A stretch of DNA of 64,000 nt from Felis catus (lineage: Eukaryota), in contig NC_058368.1 in the NCBI RefSeq assembly GCF_018350175.1, positions 95,420,001 through 95,484,000 of the forward strand, in the 5' to 3' direction. Positions 12,135-24,887 of the stretch are shown piece by piece. Both the position numbers and the translations under genes were made by a program. Positions within the stretch are counted from its first letter, which is position 1. Every line of letters starts with the position of its first letter. The notes below the pieces were generated by a model. That model worked only from the letters and a program-made list of their open reading frames with translations. It ran no database searches and had not been told where the DNA came from.

Positions 12135-14029
12135 AGTGACTGAAACCCTCCATGAGCATTAATCTCTCCACACTCAAAGCCCCATTTTGGCCCATAGCTC
12201 CACTCTGCCTATGTGGTTTCTGACCCTAAAAGGGTTAAGGCTATGGTAGAAAAGGTGTGTGTATGCTCATGTGTTTTGATTATCCTAATTGACTATATTA
12301 ATCAAATGTAATAAGTAATGTCTTAGTTGCTACTTGACAACACAAACCTAGGTTGCTCAATTTAAGTTTCCCATGTTAACAGGTTTTAGTAAGAATTAAG
12401 AGAATGGATACATATATGTCAAATGCAGCATTTAACTGAACTGATACTTTTCATCCTTAGCATATTTTCTCGGTGCTAAGCTTATCTGGATTTCAGCAAC
12501 CTGCCTAATGTTATCTGCAAACTGCCTTCTTTTTATGATGAGAGACTCACGTCAGGTTAGGGAGGATATGGAATGAAAGGCATTAGCGTGTGGCCTCAGT
12601 GACTTGACTTTGCAGCGAAATTCTTCTGTCTTGGATCTTACATGCTTAGTTCCTAACCCTTCTGGGTATAGAGAACAATGACCCTTTAAACATGTTGAGA
12701 GTACAAGTTAGGAAACGCCAATTTCATAACGGGCTTGAAATTGATCGGAAGAAAAGAGGAGACGTGAACTAGCAGCCATGACTCTCCATCTTCTCTTGGC
12801 AAGTGTCACCTCTCCATTGTCCAACAGAAGTCCTCGGAGGGCTCGGGGACAGTCACCATAAAGATGGTGGCAGTGATCCCCTGCGGGAATAGTGTGGCAT
12901 AAACTCAGGTCTGTAAGGTCTTAGTCTGTATCTGAGAACATCTTACTGGGTGCTGTTTATGAAAACAATCCCCAACGAATCTGTTTGAGGTCATTATGTC
13001 TTTTAAGACGGACTCCACAGTGTCAATAGCTGTTAAAAACCAGAGATTTTTAACAGTGTGTTTTATTTTAACTGAAGACGGAAGTCCAGCTTAACAAGCC
13101 AGAGAAATACCAAACGTTGTTTGACTGGGCTTCCAGAATAGCAATTGCCTTCTGATTTGGGATCACCTTGGTCTGTGTAAGTAGATCTTTCAGGATCCAT
13201 TGAACTGAGAAGCACTGTTCATGGCGAGGGGGTGTCTCCCTTCAGCCTTAGTGGCAGAGAAGAGAATGTCCCAGTGATGATGGCAGCTGTGCCTGTCTAC
13301 TTGCTTGGTCTAAACCACTTCTGCACATTTATCTGGTGATTTATTACCGGCCCAGCTGCATTGCTTATTTATTCAAGACTTGAAATTAAAAAAGATTCAT
13401 TTGTAATTGAAGCTCAGGGAGATAATATTAAATATGACTTTCCATCAGACAAGGGGCAGAAGGTACAAGTTCTGTCGCATGATTTAAAGCCATCTGCAGA
13501 CAGATGCATGGTTATTTAGAGTAGACCTTTGGATGCCGGTTGGAATGCATTTTTAGCTGTAGGTGGTGCTTTCTCCGGGGACTTGAGCTCAAAAACAACA
13601 GTATGTTTTTCTGATTAGCATGACCAGCACTAGTAATCCAGAAATAAAATGAGACTTGAAAACACATGTGCAGACATTCACGCCTACACACATTCATTCA
13701 TGCTTTCAAACACACCCTCGCACACACAGTGACTGTATTGCATGCATTCAGAACCAGAGTTAAAAAGAACCAAGTGGAAGCACGGCTAAGAGAATTAAAG
13801 GAATGCATCTGCTAAGACCGAAAGAAAGGAGTCTAGTGAAGGTGAGAGAAAGCTCCAGAAGTTTCTCTGCTAGCAACGTTTTGGAAGCAGCTCACAATTG
13901 CTGTGTTCAGAGTAGTTGGCATCACACTGGAAACTCCAGAAAGGCCTTTCTTAAAATTTTTTTTTATTTTTAAAAGGAGGATTCAGTTTGTTCATCCGCC
14001 GTCTACATTTGTTTATACGTTTGTTTATT

Positions 14030-14388
14030 CAGCCTGTTGGTTTCATTTTGTTGATGGTTTGTTTTGCTGCACAGAAGCATTTTAATTGGATGCAGTCCTG
14101 CTAAATTTGTCCTTTGATTGCTCGTGCTTTTGATGTTCTGTGTAGGAAATCACTGTGGAGACTAATGTCAAGGAACTTCCGCCTTATGTTTTCTTCTAGG
14201 GGTTTCATACTTCGGTCTTACATTTAAGTTGAAGCTGTTGGGAGTTTGTTCTTGTGAGTGGTTTAAGATAGGGGTCTGAGTTCATTCTTCTGCACGTGGT
14301 GATCCAGTTGGCCCATCACCATTTCTTGAAGAGGCCATCCTTTGCCACATTGGGTATTCTTGACTCCCTTTTTAAATATCAGGTGACC
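14030..14388 (-). mobile_element. LINE-1 ORF2 fragment
   Basis: 'tttcattttgttgatggttt..tttgctgcacagaagc', 'tatgttttcttctagg', 'ttcattcttctgcacgtg'. Confidence 0.9.
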
Positions 14389-14590
14389 TAAGAAAGTTCT
14401 GCACAGTCACTCTCAGACTCTGAAAGAAGAAAACAAGCAAAGCAGCCAGTTCCTGTACTAAAAATAGGGAAAAATCTCAAGACCAAAGGTCTATAGGCAG
14501 CATAAACATTGTCCTGGTCTTCCCCTTACTGGCTGGTTGCCTTTTGAGAATGAGATGCATTTCTTGGGCCTCACTTTCCAAATCTCTCTC

Positions 14591-14801
14591 TTTTTATTAA
14601 TTTGTTTTTTAATGTTTATTAATTTTTGAGAGAAAGAGCACGAGAGAGACAGTGTGAATGGGGAAGGGGCAGACAGGCAGACACAGAATTCGAAGCAGGC
14701 TCCAGGCTCTGACCTGTCAGCACAGAGCCCGATGAGGGGCTTGAACCCACAAACCGTGACCTGAGCTGAAGTCGGACACTTAACTGACTGAGCCACCCTG
14801 G
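14591..14801 (-). mobile_element. Can-SINE (head slightly truncated)
   Basis: Standard SINE body to 'ctgagccaccctgg'. Confidence 0.95.
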
Positions 14802-14994
14802 AACTTTTAGAATCAGTAGGGACCTATTTGAAAATGACTCTTGGGAGACACAAAGGCCCAGGACTTAGTTTTCCTTCACCTGAGAGAGAAGGTAATAGCA
14901 TTGAGGGAAGTATACCTTCTGAATGAATTCCAAGTCAGCTAAATATAATCTGTATCTTTGAGCAGCCCTGAGCATGGCTTTGAAGATTATAAAA

Positions 14995-15180
14995 ACATTA
15001 ATGACTGCATTTAGCGTTTTTCATGTGTCACATAGTATCTTGGATTTTCTGTGCATCAACTCTTTGAATCCTCTTAACACCCTCTGAGGCTTGTTATTTT
15101 TCTCACCATTCCTATTTTACAGACGGAATGCAGAAAACCAGAAAGTTCCTTTGACTCCCGTGATAGAGTTGATAGACCCA
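14995..15180 (-). mobile_element. MIR
   Basis: 'aatcctcttaacaccctctgagg...attcctattttacagacgg' MIR core, reverse orientation. Confidence 0.7.
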
Positions 15181-15379
15181 TGCTTGTAACGCTGTGCTCT
15201 CTTGCTGTGGAAGTTGGTAGAGCGTTCATGGGTTGAATGTGGGACCTTTGTTCTGTCAGCATATGCCTTTTCTGGGAATACTCGAGAGCCCATCCAAGAG
15301 CAAGGGAGCTCCGGGGAGAATGGAAGGGGCCTCTCTGCCTGCCTGACACCATAGTGACGGGACTAGGGGAAGCAGCCAG

Positions 15380-15631
15380 GGCAGTGATTAACTGCTGGAG
15401 TTTGGAGCCAGATGTACTTGGATTGGATCTACCCTGCTGTTCACTGGTTCACTAATGGGGGGACAGCTTGCTTAGGTTTTTCTGTGCTTCGGTGCTTTTA
15501 TTTACAAATCAGGAGAACCTAGCATCTACCTCTTGTGGTTGTTTTGAGGACTAGATGCCATAAGGGAATGCCTCTAAGTCCTTGGCACCCTGCCTGGTAC
15601 TTAGTAAGCACTCAACAAATGGTAGCTATTA
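15380..15631 (+). mobile_element. MIR, near full length
   Basis: 'ttggagccaga', 'tctgtgcttcgg', 'tgcctggtacttagtaagcactcaacaaatggtagctatta'. Confidence 0.85.
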
Positions 15632-16034
15632 CCTCGTCATTAGGGGATAGGTTATTCTCACACCAATTTCCATTTCATGGCCACTTTTAATTCACCACTA
15701 ATTACGTTTTGATGGCATTGCATACAGTATTTAATTGACTGAAAAATCCCATTAATAGTTCATAATGGGGTATACAAATGATATGGGGAAAACATTGTGA
15801 GAATATTCTAAAGGAAGGACCACTTGTTCCCTCGTTCTGTTAAATGCCTACTATATCTCAGTGGTAACTGTTTTCTCTAGATGGGACCATGAAACTCCTC
15901 ATGATGAAGGGACGCAGTCATGTTACAGTTTTATTTCTTTTCTGTGCATCATCAGGGAAAAGGCTGTATCCCCATTCGACCCCCACCATTACCGTGTCAG
16001 TCAGCCCCCCTCCCTGGGGTAATTTTGCTGAAGG

Positions 16035-16155
16035 TTTTATTTAAATTCCACTTAGTTAACATACAGTGTAATACTTGTTTCGGGTGTACAATTTGGTGAT
16101 GTAATACTTCCATGTAGCACTCAGGACTTAAAATAACAAGTGTGCTCTTTAATCC
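16035..16155 (-). mobile_element. Carnivore L1 3' end
   Basis: 'ttagttaacatacagtgtaata.ttgtttc.ggtgtacaa'. Confidence 0.8.
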
Positions 16156-16167
16156 TGGAGTGAATTA

Positions 16168-16399
16168 TTTATTTATTTAAATTTTTAAATGTTTATTTAC
16201 TTTTGAGAGAGAGACAGAGCATGAGTGGGGGAGGGGCAGAGAGAGAGGGAGACACAGAATCCAAAGCAGGCTCCAGGCTCCGAGCCATCAGCACAAGCCA
16301 TCAGCACAGGGCCTGATGTGGGGCTCGAACCCATGAACTGTGAGATCATGACCTGAGCTGAAGTCGGGCGCTTAACCGACTGAGCCACCCAGGCGCCCC
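16168..16399 (-). mobile_element. Can-SINE with 13-bp internal tandem duplication
   Basis: TSD tggagt(g/a)aatta; agccatcagcaca x2 at 16283-16308. Confidence 0.97.
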
Positions 16400-16430
16400 T
16401 GGAGTAAATTAGTTTTTAAACCGTGGGTAA

Positions 16431-16628
16431 TTTTTTTTTTTTTTTAAGCTTACTTATTTTGAAAGAGGTGGTTGGGGAGGGTCAGAGAAAGAGGGAGAGA
16501 GCAAATCCCATGCAGGCTCTGCACTGTCAGCACAGAGCCCAACACGGGGCTTGAACTCAGGAACTGTGAGACTGTGACCTGAGCCAAAATCAAGAGTTGA
16601 TTGCTTAACCGACTGAGCCACCCAGGTG
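16431..16628 (-). mobile_element. Can-SINE (second subfamily type)
   Basis: 'gagccaaaatcaagagttg' diagnostic, polyT. Confidence 0.95.
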
Positions 16629-18142
16629 GATGGTCCTAGGGAAAATTTTTGTCTCCTGCCTTTACTCACTTGCCAGTGTTACTCTTAGGAGGAGGGTCTT
16701 AGTACCCCTGGTCAATGCTCAGCTGCCATCTTCTGGACCCCAGTTAGTTACTGGTTTTACACACATGGGGACGTGGTGCCAACTGCCGAGGCTTCTCTGG
16801 GACTGAGTATCCACTATCTTTGTTCTGCCTCTACCAGTGTCCTGAGGGGTATCCTCCACCACACGTCACTGGCTGCCATTTTTCCTCTCCATCGACTTTG
16901 GTTGAAAACGGTAAGAAATTGTGCCCAGAGCCACTCAGGGATTTCCAGTTTTCAGTTTTCTTCAGTGGACCTTGGTGGCCTGAACTTTCCAGGCCCCATC
17001 TTGAATACTTGATGTGGATATCAACATTGCCTCTTAAAGTGCTGCGGGCAAGGGGTCAGGAACGAGCTGCTTAAGTGTCCACATAAAGGGAACTTTGAGT
17101 ACCTATGCTTCTTGGTATTCTTGTGATTTAGGGCCACGTGACTTGTTCCATTTCTAGTGCCTTGCCTTGATTTCATGGTTTTCTATTGGCATTGCCGGAC
17201 GATGGGGGAAATACCGTAGTCTCTGTTTTGGTCGTTCATATGCAACATCGTCAAAACTTGATGCCATGTACACATCTCTTCTTACTGTTACTCACCCGAA
17301 AAATTTAAGGTCAAATGTGCCCTGGGTGGAAGGATTGCCAACACGCTCCATGGACACAGGAGAGACTCAGACAGATCTGCTTGCCTTGATATTTACTCAT
17401 GTAGTGCAGGTCAGTTAGCCACACCAACAAGACTCTACATGGACCATCCTTAGATATATTGTGATTGAAAGGGTCCTATGAAAGGTAGAAGAAGACTACA
17501 AATATGGTTTATGGAGTCTGTCATGCCGTCATAGAAGGAAGCTAAATAGGTTTGCTAATATTGATCCTTCTCTTGGTTTCTATGCAGTATGTAGATCTGG
17601 GGTCTGGGATGATCTGAGCAGGGCTGGAGAGAAGTCGCCTTGTCCCTCATGTGAACATTCATAACTGACAGGATAGGAGGCTGGGATGGGGGTGGCCTAG
17701 ATGCCATGGGAGAGGTAGACGGCTCACAAATCAGCACGTGTCACTTTGATGGCTACCATGTCCTTGTCTTCTCCAGGTGTTGCTGGACTAAGGTTTATGG
17801 GGCTGGCTCTTGCTCTCTGGATCTATGCATGAATGAGGATAAGCAATGCCAACTGCAATGAAAGAGCAATATACCCACCCACACAATTAAAGATTATTAT
17901 TATTTTTTCAAGTCTTAGTTGTAAGTACGTTGAGAGGTCCTGTGCAGTATGTGTTTTCCTATGGCTGCCTCAGGGATCTTAACGCTGTTGCCTTTGTGTG
18001 GTTACAACGTTTTGGACCAAGAGATCAGAGAACATCATCTGGGATATTTTAGGGGTGAGGTCTGGAAGTGACAACTTGATGTCTTTCCATGTTTCATTGA
18101 CCAATATGGTCTCCTTAGATGCAATGCAGGTAGAACACAGTT

Positions 18143-18167
18143 TTGTTGTTGTTGTTGTTGTTGTTTT
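18143..18167. repeat. (GTT)n
   Basis: Directly visible. Confidence 0.9.
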
Positions 18168-18454
18168 TGGTTGGTTTTGTTTTTCCCCTGTACTCAGGAG
18201 GCAAAGAAAATAATAGAACACCTAGTGTTGACTCTTAGCATACAACCAAAGCCCATTGACCTCTCCGGGAGAACTAGGTCTTCACTCTGGGTTTGGGACC
18301 TACTACCATCCAAGTCAGTGGAGAATGGAGAAGTTGGAGTCTGAACTCAAGGTATCCAGCCTGAAGCTCATCTCTGACCTGTTAAATTTCCAGTTGAGAC
18401 CCTCCTGCCACACAGCTTGAGTGTATATCCTCACCTTGTAGTAATCAGAATGTA

Positions 18455-18901
18455 TGTGACAAATTGCCACCAACTGAGTGGCTTAGATTAACACAAATGT
18501 ATCGCTTGACACTTGTGCAAGGGGGGATGTCTAACACCGATCACACTGCAAGTCTAAAACCAGTTGTTGGCAGGGCTCCCTTTTCTGGGCTTCTTGAACA
18601 GAACAAGCTCCCTTGCTTTTTCCGCCTTACAGAGGGCGCTCAGATTGCTTGGCTGGTGACCCCTTCTGTCTTGAAATTCAGACCTTTTTTCCAACCTCAC
18701 ATCTCCTTCCCACCCGACCTCAGTTGGGAAAGGCTCTTTTAAGGACCTCTATGATGAGGTAATATGGGATAATCTTCCCATATCAAGGTCCTTAACCTCA
18801 GGAACATTATCAAAGTCACTTTTTCTGGGTAAGGTAACACTGAACAGGTGCCAAGGATGAAGATGTGCCTACCTTTGGAGAGGCGTTATTTTGCCCACCA
18901 C
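18455..18901 (-). mobile_element. MaLR solo LTR (MLT1D-like)
   Basis: 'gataatcttcccatatcaaggtccttaacc', 'taaggtaaca', 'ttattttgcccaccac' match the reverse complement of the recalled MLT1D 5' end. Confidence 0.85.
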
Positions 18902-18907
18902 TCCTAG

Positions 18908-19392
18908 TGAGCACTTGTATAGTACTTATCATCTAGAAGGTTCTGTTTCATGCTCCTTATATATGTTTGCTCATTTCATCTTTGTGTCATTCCTGTGAAA
19001 TAGATCCTAATCTTAAAGCTATTTGCAGAAGGGTTTTAAATTTATTTTTTAGTGCTTACTTGTGTGAGAGAGAGAGAGAGCGAGCATGTGCATGTGTGTG
19101 TACACACGAGGGGCAGAGAGAGAGAGGGAGACAGAGGATCCTAAGGGGGCTCTGCGCTGGCAGCAGAGAGCCCGACCCAGGGCTTGAATTCAAAAAATGT
19201 GAGATCATGACCCGAGATGAAACTGGACGCTTAACCAACTCAGCCACCCAGGAGCCCCATCAAAAGAGTTTATAGATGAAGAAACAGTGGTTCAAAGAGG
19301 TTCATTCATCCAAATTTATAGAGACAGGAAGTGGTGGCATTGGGATTCAATCCTGTGCATTAAGTTCTAGTATCCAAGCTCTTCATTATGAC
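18908..19392 (-). mobile_element. MIR interrupted by a Can-SINE
   Basis: 'ctcatttcatc..tgtgaaatag' and 'tttatagatgaagaaac..ttcaaagaggtt', 'tgggattcaatcc'. Confidence 0.75.
19034..19258 (-). mobile_element. Can-SINE
   Basis: Standard body, head cccaggagcccc. Confidence 0.95.
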
Positions 19393-21684
19393 CTTAGACT
19401 CTCTCTGTACTGTAGCAGAGTAATGTATATGATGTAAAGCAACAGTGAATTATACCCGAGGTCTGGTATATATTCTTGGATTTCCTTTGCGAACCAGGCC
19501 CGTTTCTTGTCTCTGACCCCTCCTTCTCCTCACACCTGGAGCCCTGTTACTCACTTGGGGTGTTTGAAACTTGCTATTTCCTGACCTACCCCTTAAGGCT
19601 AAATTGGGATTTTTTTCCTTGTGTGGTTCGGGCACTATACTGATGGTGAATGGGCATCATCCCTTTCAATACATGTTCATATTTCCACATAAATCTGGAA
19701 GGAAGTTTCTGCCAAGTGCTTGAACACTGTCTAACACTTACTGAGTGCTCTTTGTAACAAAAAGCACGTACCTCGGCTATAGGTCTTCTGTGGATAAACA
19801 GGACTGGCTACCATTTAATTGCATTGTTGGAATTGTTTGGGTTACACGCTATTGATGGCAGGAGATCCTGTTGTCCCACTTATCTATGTAATGGTAGTTT
19901 GTATACATTACAGATAAATCAATTTCAAGGCACATGAAATACTTAAAATGGAAGAGCATGTGTGTGATTAGGACCAAATTGTGAGGGAGGCCTGTGAGCA
20001 GATGACTTGTGTCAAAGGCAGTGCTAAGTGAGTCCCTACATCCTGCTCTGTTGCATGTTCCTAGGTGACCCTTGTCTGAGGGCGTCTTCCTGGCCACTGG
20101 GATCATGCTCTCTGTGTCCCTGCCTGCCTGACTGGGCTCCCCACCATGCCCTGCAGTGCTCCCCTGATGATTCCCCCACCTCTCTCCCACATGCTGGCTG
20201 TTCCCCGTCTCCATCACTCAGCTACACAGTCCCCTTCCTGGTTCTCTGTGTGACGAGATAGGGCAGCTGTATGGGCTCAGTGTTGTATTGGGATTACAGC
20301 CTGCGATCCCAGACAATGAACCGTGTCATTTGGAAGTTACCAGCACAGGCATTCCAATGGGAAGGAATGTTGGAAAATGCCTTCTCAAGTCAGAAGAGAT
20401 TTTTACAAGTGAGACAACATATTTTAAAAATGAGAAGGCGTGAGAGAAATGTATGGTTTTTAACAGAATGCTTATTGGAGACGGGACGGGGTTGTGACTA
20501 AAATAAGGATGTAATTTGAATATATGCCCAGCCCCCTTGACAAAGATGAAAAGGTGTAGACAGTCTTGACTGTTTCCAAGCTGAGGTTTATAGCCCGGTA
20601 TTTGCATATACTTACCAGACTTCTGTTAAAAAAGAAAAAAATGAAAAAAGTCCACAGTTGTTTGTACGAATATAATGCAAAAGAAAATAATAAATTGAGA
20701 AGTTCCATTTTCACTTAATGGAAATATTACTATTCATTATGAATATCAGTAATTTTTTTTCCTCCACGAAGAAGGCAGTAGAATTTTTCTAGATTTCTTC
20801 TCTTCATCCAACTAAGAATTATTGCTGGTTCTATTTCATACCTTGATGTTTAAACTTGAGGCCAACCAATATGGTGAGAGATAGAAAAATAGTCTCCAGA
20901 CATTCACCTCCCCTGCTTTTATCTTTGCTTTTAGGTTCATGTTTCCTCAGATGCAAATGTTCTTGAGCTGTTTCTGTAGGGTAGGGATGCCGTGGATCAA
21001 AGTTAATGGATTTCGTTTTTTTCATACCCTATATTTGTTTGCACAGGGATTTTAAAGAGCAGGATGCTAGCAATAAATGATGGTCACATCGAAGCCTGCT
21101 TATCCCTGGCCTATTGATTTGTCTTTTATTGCTATTCAGGGAAAAAAAATTCATCCAATGAAACTAATCTACATTGAGGTATTAGGGGGCCAGTAAGTTG
21201 TTTCCCTTAGGAGAAAACTTTTCTGTCCTTTGTAAAACAGTGATGTTGCTTGTGGCATTAAGCTATTGGGTAAAGAAGGCAACTGAAGTTGAATTTCATA
21301 CGTATGTATTCCAAAGGAAAAAATGCCTCAGAACTCACCAGCGTGTGGAGGATGATAGGCCAGTAGGGGAGTACTTGGCCTGGTCAACTTTGTCCTCCAT
21401 GATTTTGGGGTTCCTCAGAGGAATCTTTCCTGTCCATGTTTCCTCATGGCCATTGGGCCTGCTACTGCCCAGGTTATGAATGCTCTTCCTAGAGCCACTG
21501 AGGTTCTCGGGGGGGGGGGGGGGGAGCCCAGTACCTTTATATCGCCCTGATATTGGTGGTGTTTAGCCCACCATGGATCATCACATGCTCCAATCACAAA
21601 GCCCAGGCCAGAGTGGTCACTTGTTACTCACATGAATGTATAGATTCTGAGCTTTGAGGCAGTGTTCTTAAGTGAAACAGACTC

Positions 21685-22119
21685 TGTCGTGAGTTGAATG
21701 GTGACCTTTCTAAAAGATAGGTCCTCGTCCTGACTCCTGGAACCTGTGAATGTGACCTTATTTTGGAAAAGTTCAGGGTCTCCAGAGGAGACTATTCTGA
21801 TAACCAAGTGGGCCCTAAATCTGATGACAATGGTCACCTTAAAATAGGAGAAGAAAAGGCACAGACAAAAAAGCGAAAGGCCCTGTGAAGATAGAGGCAG
21901 AGGTTGAAACTTTACATCCACGAACCGAGTGACATTGGAGAGCCGTCAGAATTTGGAAGAGCCTGGGAAAGCTGCTTCTTGAGAGTTTTTGGAGCCAATG
22001 TGATATTACCAGCCCGTCAATTCACGGTTCTGGCCTCCAGAGCTGAATGAATTCGTGTTGTTTTAAGCTACTGAGTTGGGGGTAATTTATTGTCAGGGCA
22101 GCCCTAGGAAAATAATACA
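21685..22119 (+). mobile_element. MaLR solo LTR (MLT1C-like)
   Basis: TG...CA ends; 'ctggaacctgtgaatgtgaccttattttggaaa', 'ttctggcctccagagctg', 'gcagccctaggaaa.taataca'. Confidence 0.9.
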
Positions 22120-23737
22120 GATGGACGTTTCAGTCTTTCTTGATTTCAACCTCTTGGCCTGAAGATTCTCCAATCAATTCCTGAGGATTGAGGTCAGGAC
22201 ATCCTGTGAGGACTGATGGAGTCTGTCACAAGCAGATGCCGACTCTTGGACCCTGAACCCCACTGTGTGTCTCTGTTTCTTCTTCCTTGAGGTTCAAATT
22301 GGCTCGTGGGATTGATGGTCTCCTCCTAGACTTTGCTAAAACTTGTAATCGACTCTGGCTGTCTGGTCTGTGCTGGAGGTGGGTCCTTAGAAGCCTCACT
22401 CATGTACCCTTGCCTTACTAGGGAAGTTCTGAAGTGGACAGTTGACACACTTAGCTGTCACACTCAGATGGTGGTATTGGAACCCAGAGCGGTGGACAGA
22501 TGCGGAGGTCAGATGTAAAAATCGGAAGCGTGTATGGCTGCATTTCATGGGGGTACACTGAGGCACAAAGGAAGTGCACCTGCAGAGAGAGAAGAAAAAG
22601 GGGCTCATAGATACGAGAAAGAACTGTCCCCAAGGCTGTTTCTTTTTGGTCTGCAGTTTGGCTCATGTTCCCAGTCATGAATGTGGCAGGTTGGCTTTTT
22701 TTTTTTTTTTTTTTTTTTGCTTACATAAGCTTGGGTTAAGTGATACTATTTGTGCTAGAAGAGTCCTATGTGTTGGCAGACCCAACCCTTGGCCACACCA
22801 GTCATGGCTAGAAGCAGTGAGGTCCATGCTGGGTCCTTGCGCTCTAGCCCTTGAGAGCCACGGAGCTCTTCCATTCCATTATCTCAAGCCAACTTTGCAT
22901 GAAATAAGGACCTTTGTGGCACTGGGGGGCAGAAGCTTTGACCTGCACGTGACCTATGAAGACACCGAATTTAGGAGACAATGCTAGCAGCTCTGGATTC
23001 CTGGTGCATTCTGTTCAGCCCTCTTATGTTGTGTAAAACAAACGCCCAGAGCTAAACTAAACAACCCAGCGGGGTCTGGGTTATGAAAGCTTAAGCATAG
23101 AAGGTTCTGAGCAGAAGGGATGATGGGTAACGTGTGTTTTGTGACTCCATTCTGGCCAGGCAGCAAGAAGGAGGGGGTTGGAGGAACACTGAGAATAGCC
23201 CCAGCAGAGAGCTATTAAGAGCCCTTGGTCCCAGAAAGGATGACACAGAGCCCTGAAGAGGTAATTGGGCCCCTGATGTGAGGAGCAGTCACAAATAAAC
23301 CAACAAAGCCAGACATAAGCCTGAGGCATCCAGCAAGGATTAAGCACCATTAGTGAACCTGTGAGCTTAGAAGTATTTGGCTTTTAGAAGACAGTTTTAA
23401 TTTAACTCCTGCGCTGACCTATACCAGTTGACTGTAGGTAGACAGCGGGCTTTGTGGTGACACATTGTGGGTTCGCACATTTGAAAAGGAATTTGGGAGC
23501 ACCGATGAGGAGCATCAGGGAGGTCCCCTGAAATTCCTGTCAGCCTCCGCATTTTCAAACCTAGCTCAAAGTCTTTTCATTTTTTTTTTTTTAACAGTAT
23601 AATTGTTAGTCACTACCCTCTTCTTGGGATAGCCTGTTTTCCTCTCGAAGCTTTTGATTCATAGCTGCTTTGTCTCGGCAGGAAGAGGTCTGGGGTATGT
23701 CAGGCCAAGTACAGTAGAAAACGCTCAGGTTACTGTG

Positions 23738-24025
23738 GTCATTCATTCAATATTTTATTTCATTGTTTTTAACGTTTATTTACTTTGAGAATGAGTGAGT
23801 GAGCACAGCGGGGGAGGGGCAGAGAGAGGGAGAGACAGAATGCCAAGCAGGCTCATGACCCTTGAGATCGTGACCTGAGACAAGATCAAGACACGGAGGC
23901 TTCACCGACGGCACCACACAGGCGTCCCCCATTCAGTATTTAACGGGCACTGGGTATGAGGCAAGGATTGTTGTGGGAGCATCGGATACCACCAAGAAAG
24001 ATTCCTGCCTTTGTGGAGTTTGCAA
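23738..24025 (-). mobile_element. L2 3' end interrupted by a SINE
   Basis: 'cattcattcaatattt', 'gggcactgggtatg', 'tcctgcctttgtggagttt'. Confidence 0.6.
23754..23929 (-). mobile_element. Can-SINE with internal deletion
   Basis: TSD cattca(a/g)tattt; central segment after 'gcaggctc' missing. Confidence 0.92.
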
Positions 24026-24732
24026 AGTATGATGGGCGTTGAAAGGAGCAAGCAAGGAGGGATGGGGAGAATGGGTTTCAGTTTTCAGAAGGATGTTCTC
24101 ACCCATTCCAGCCCTGCTGATCTTAGGTAAGATGTCTTGTGATGTGCCCTCTGATCTGCTCCTCTAGAATCCCAAATATTGTCAGATGTCCCCATGCTCC
24201 TGGTTTCAGGATTGCTGCCTCGGCTAATGAGAATTGATAGGACACTTGGTACAAGCACAGGGTTTTGGATACTTGGCATCTAGAAAAAATACTCAGTTAT
24301 GACGACGAGAAACTCGTGTGTTGATGTGTTAGCTGCATCATCATACCTACTCCAAAGCCTTGTGGAAGAAAAGGACAACTTCTTTATCCTGTTGGTGTTG
24401 GCATTAATGATACTGTCCACCTGTTCTCCATTCACCTTATTAGGCAAACCACTTAGAGTAGAGGAAGAAAAGTCCATTTTGAAAAGCTGGCTCTTTGTGA
24501 TGCTCTCCGCGGAAACCAAATGACTCCACTGCCTATTTTTCAGAAATGAAAGTAGAAGTTTCCGTTTATTCAGTCACCTTCTTGCCTTCTCCACCTTCTG
24601 GAGAGTTGATAACAGCAGAGAACTTTGAAGTCAAGCCAAGGAGTCTCTTCTTGAGATTACAGAAACTGAACCTTCTGAATCTGCCTTGTTGGGGAAGTGT
24701 GTCCCCCTTTGTTGAGTTCTAATCTCGATTCA

Positions 24733-24887
24733 GACGACCGGCTATGTGATTTTCAAGGTCTGCTGCAAAATGAATACTGGGAGCTCACGGTGAAAATCGT
24801 TAAGAATTGCAAGCTAATGGTGAGAGCAGAGCATTAAACAAAGTACACGCCGTGTACTTTGCTGACCACGCCGTGAAGCTGGCCATC
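24733..24887 (-). mobile_element. MER45A (hAT-Tip100 MITE)
   Basis: 'gaccggcta', 'tgcaaaatgaa', 'ttaagaatt.caag', 'agcagagcattaaac', 'tgaagctggcc' match recalled MER45A. Confidence 0.85.

Noticed and set aside
2986..17054. Exact 16-mer gtgctgcgggcaaggg at 2986-3001 and 17039-17054
   Set aside because: About 0.5 such 16-mer pairs are expected by chance in 64 kb (64000^2/2/4^16); flanks are unrelated
24089..24126. 38-nt exon-like segment (ttttcag...TAG|gtaaga)
   Set aside because: Short pyrimidine tract, adjacent to L2 debris, unrecognisable peptide; such pairs are common by chance
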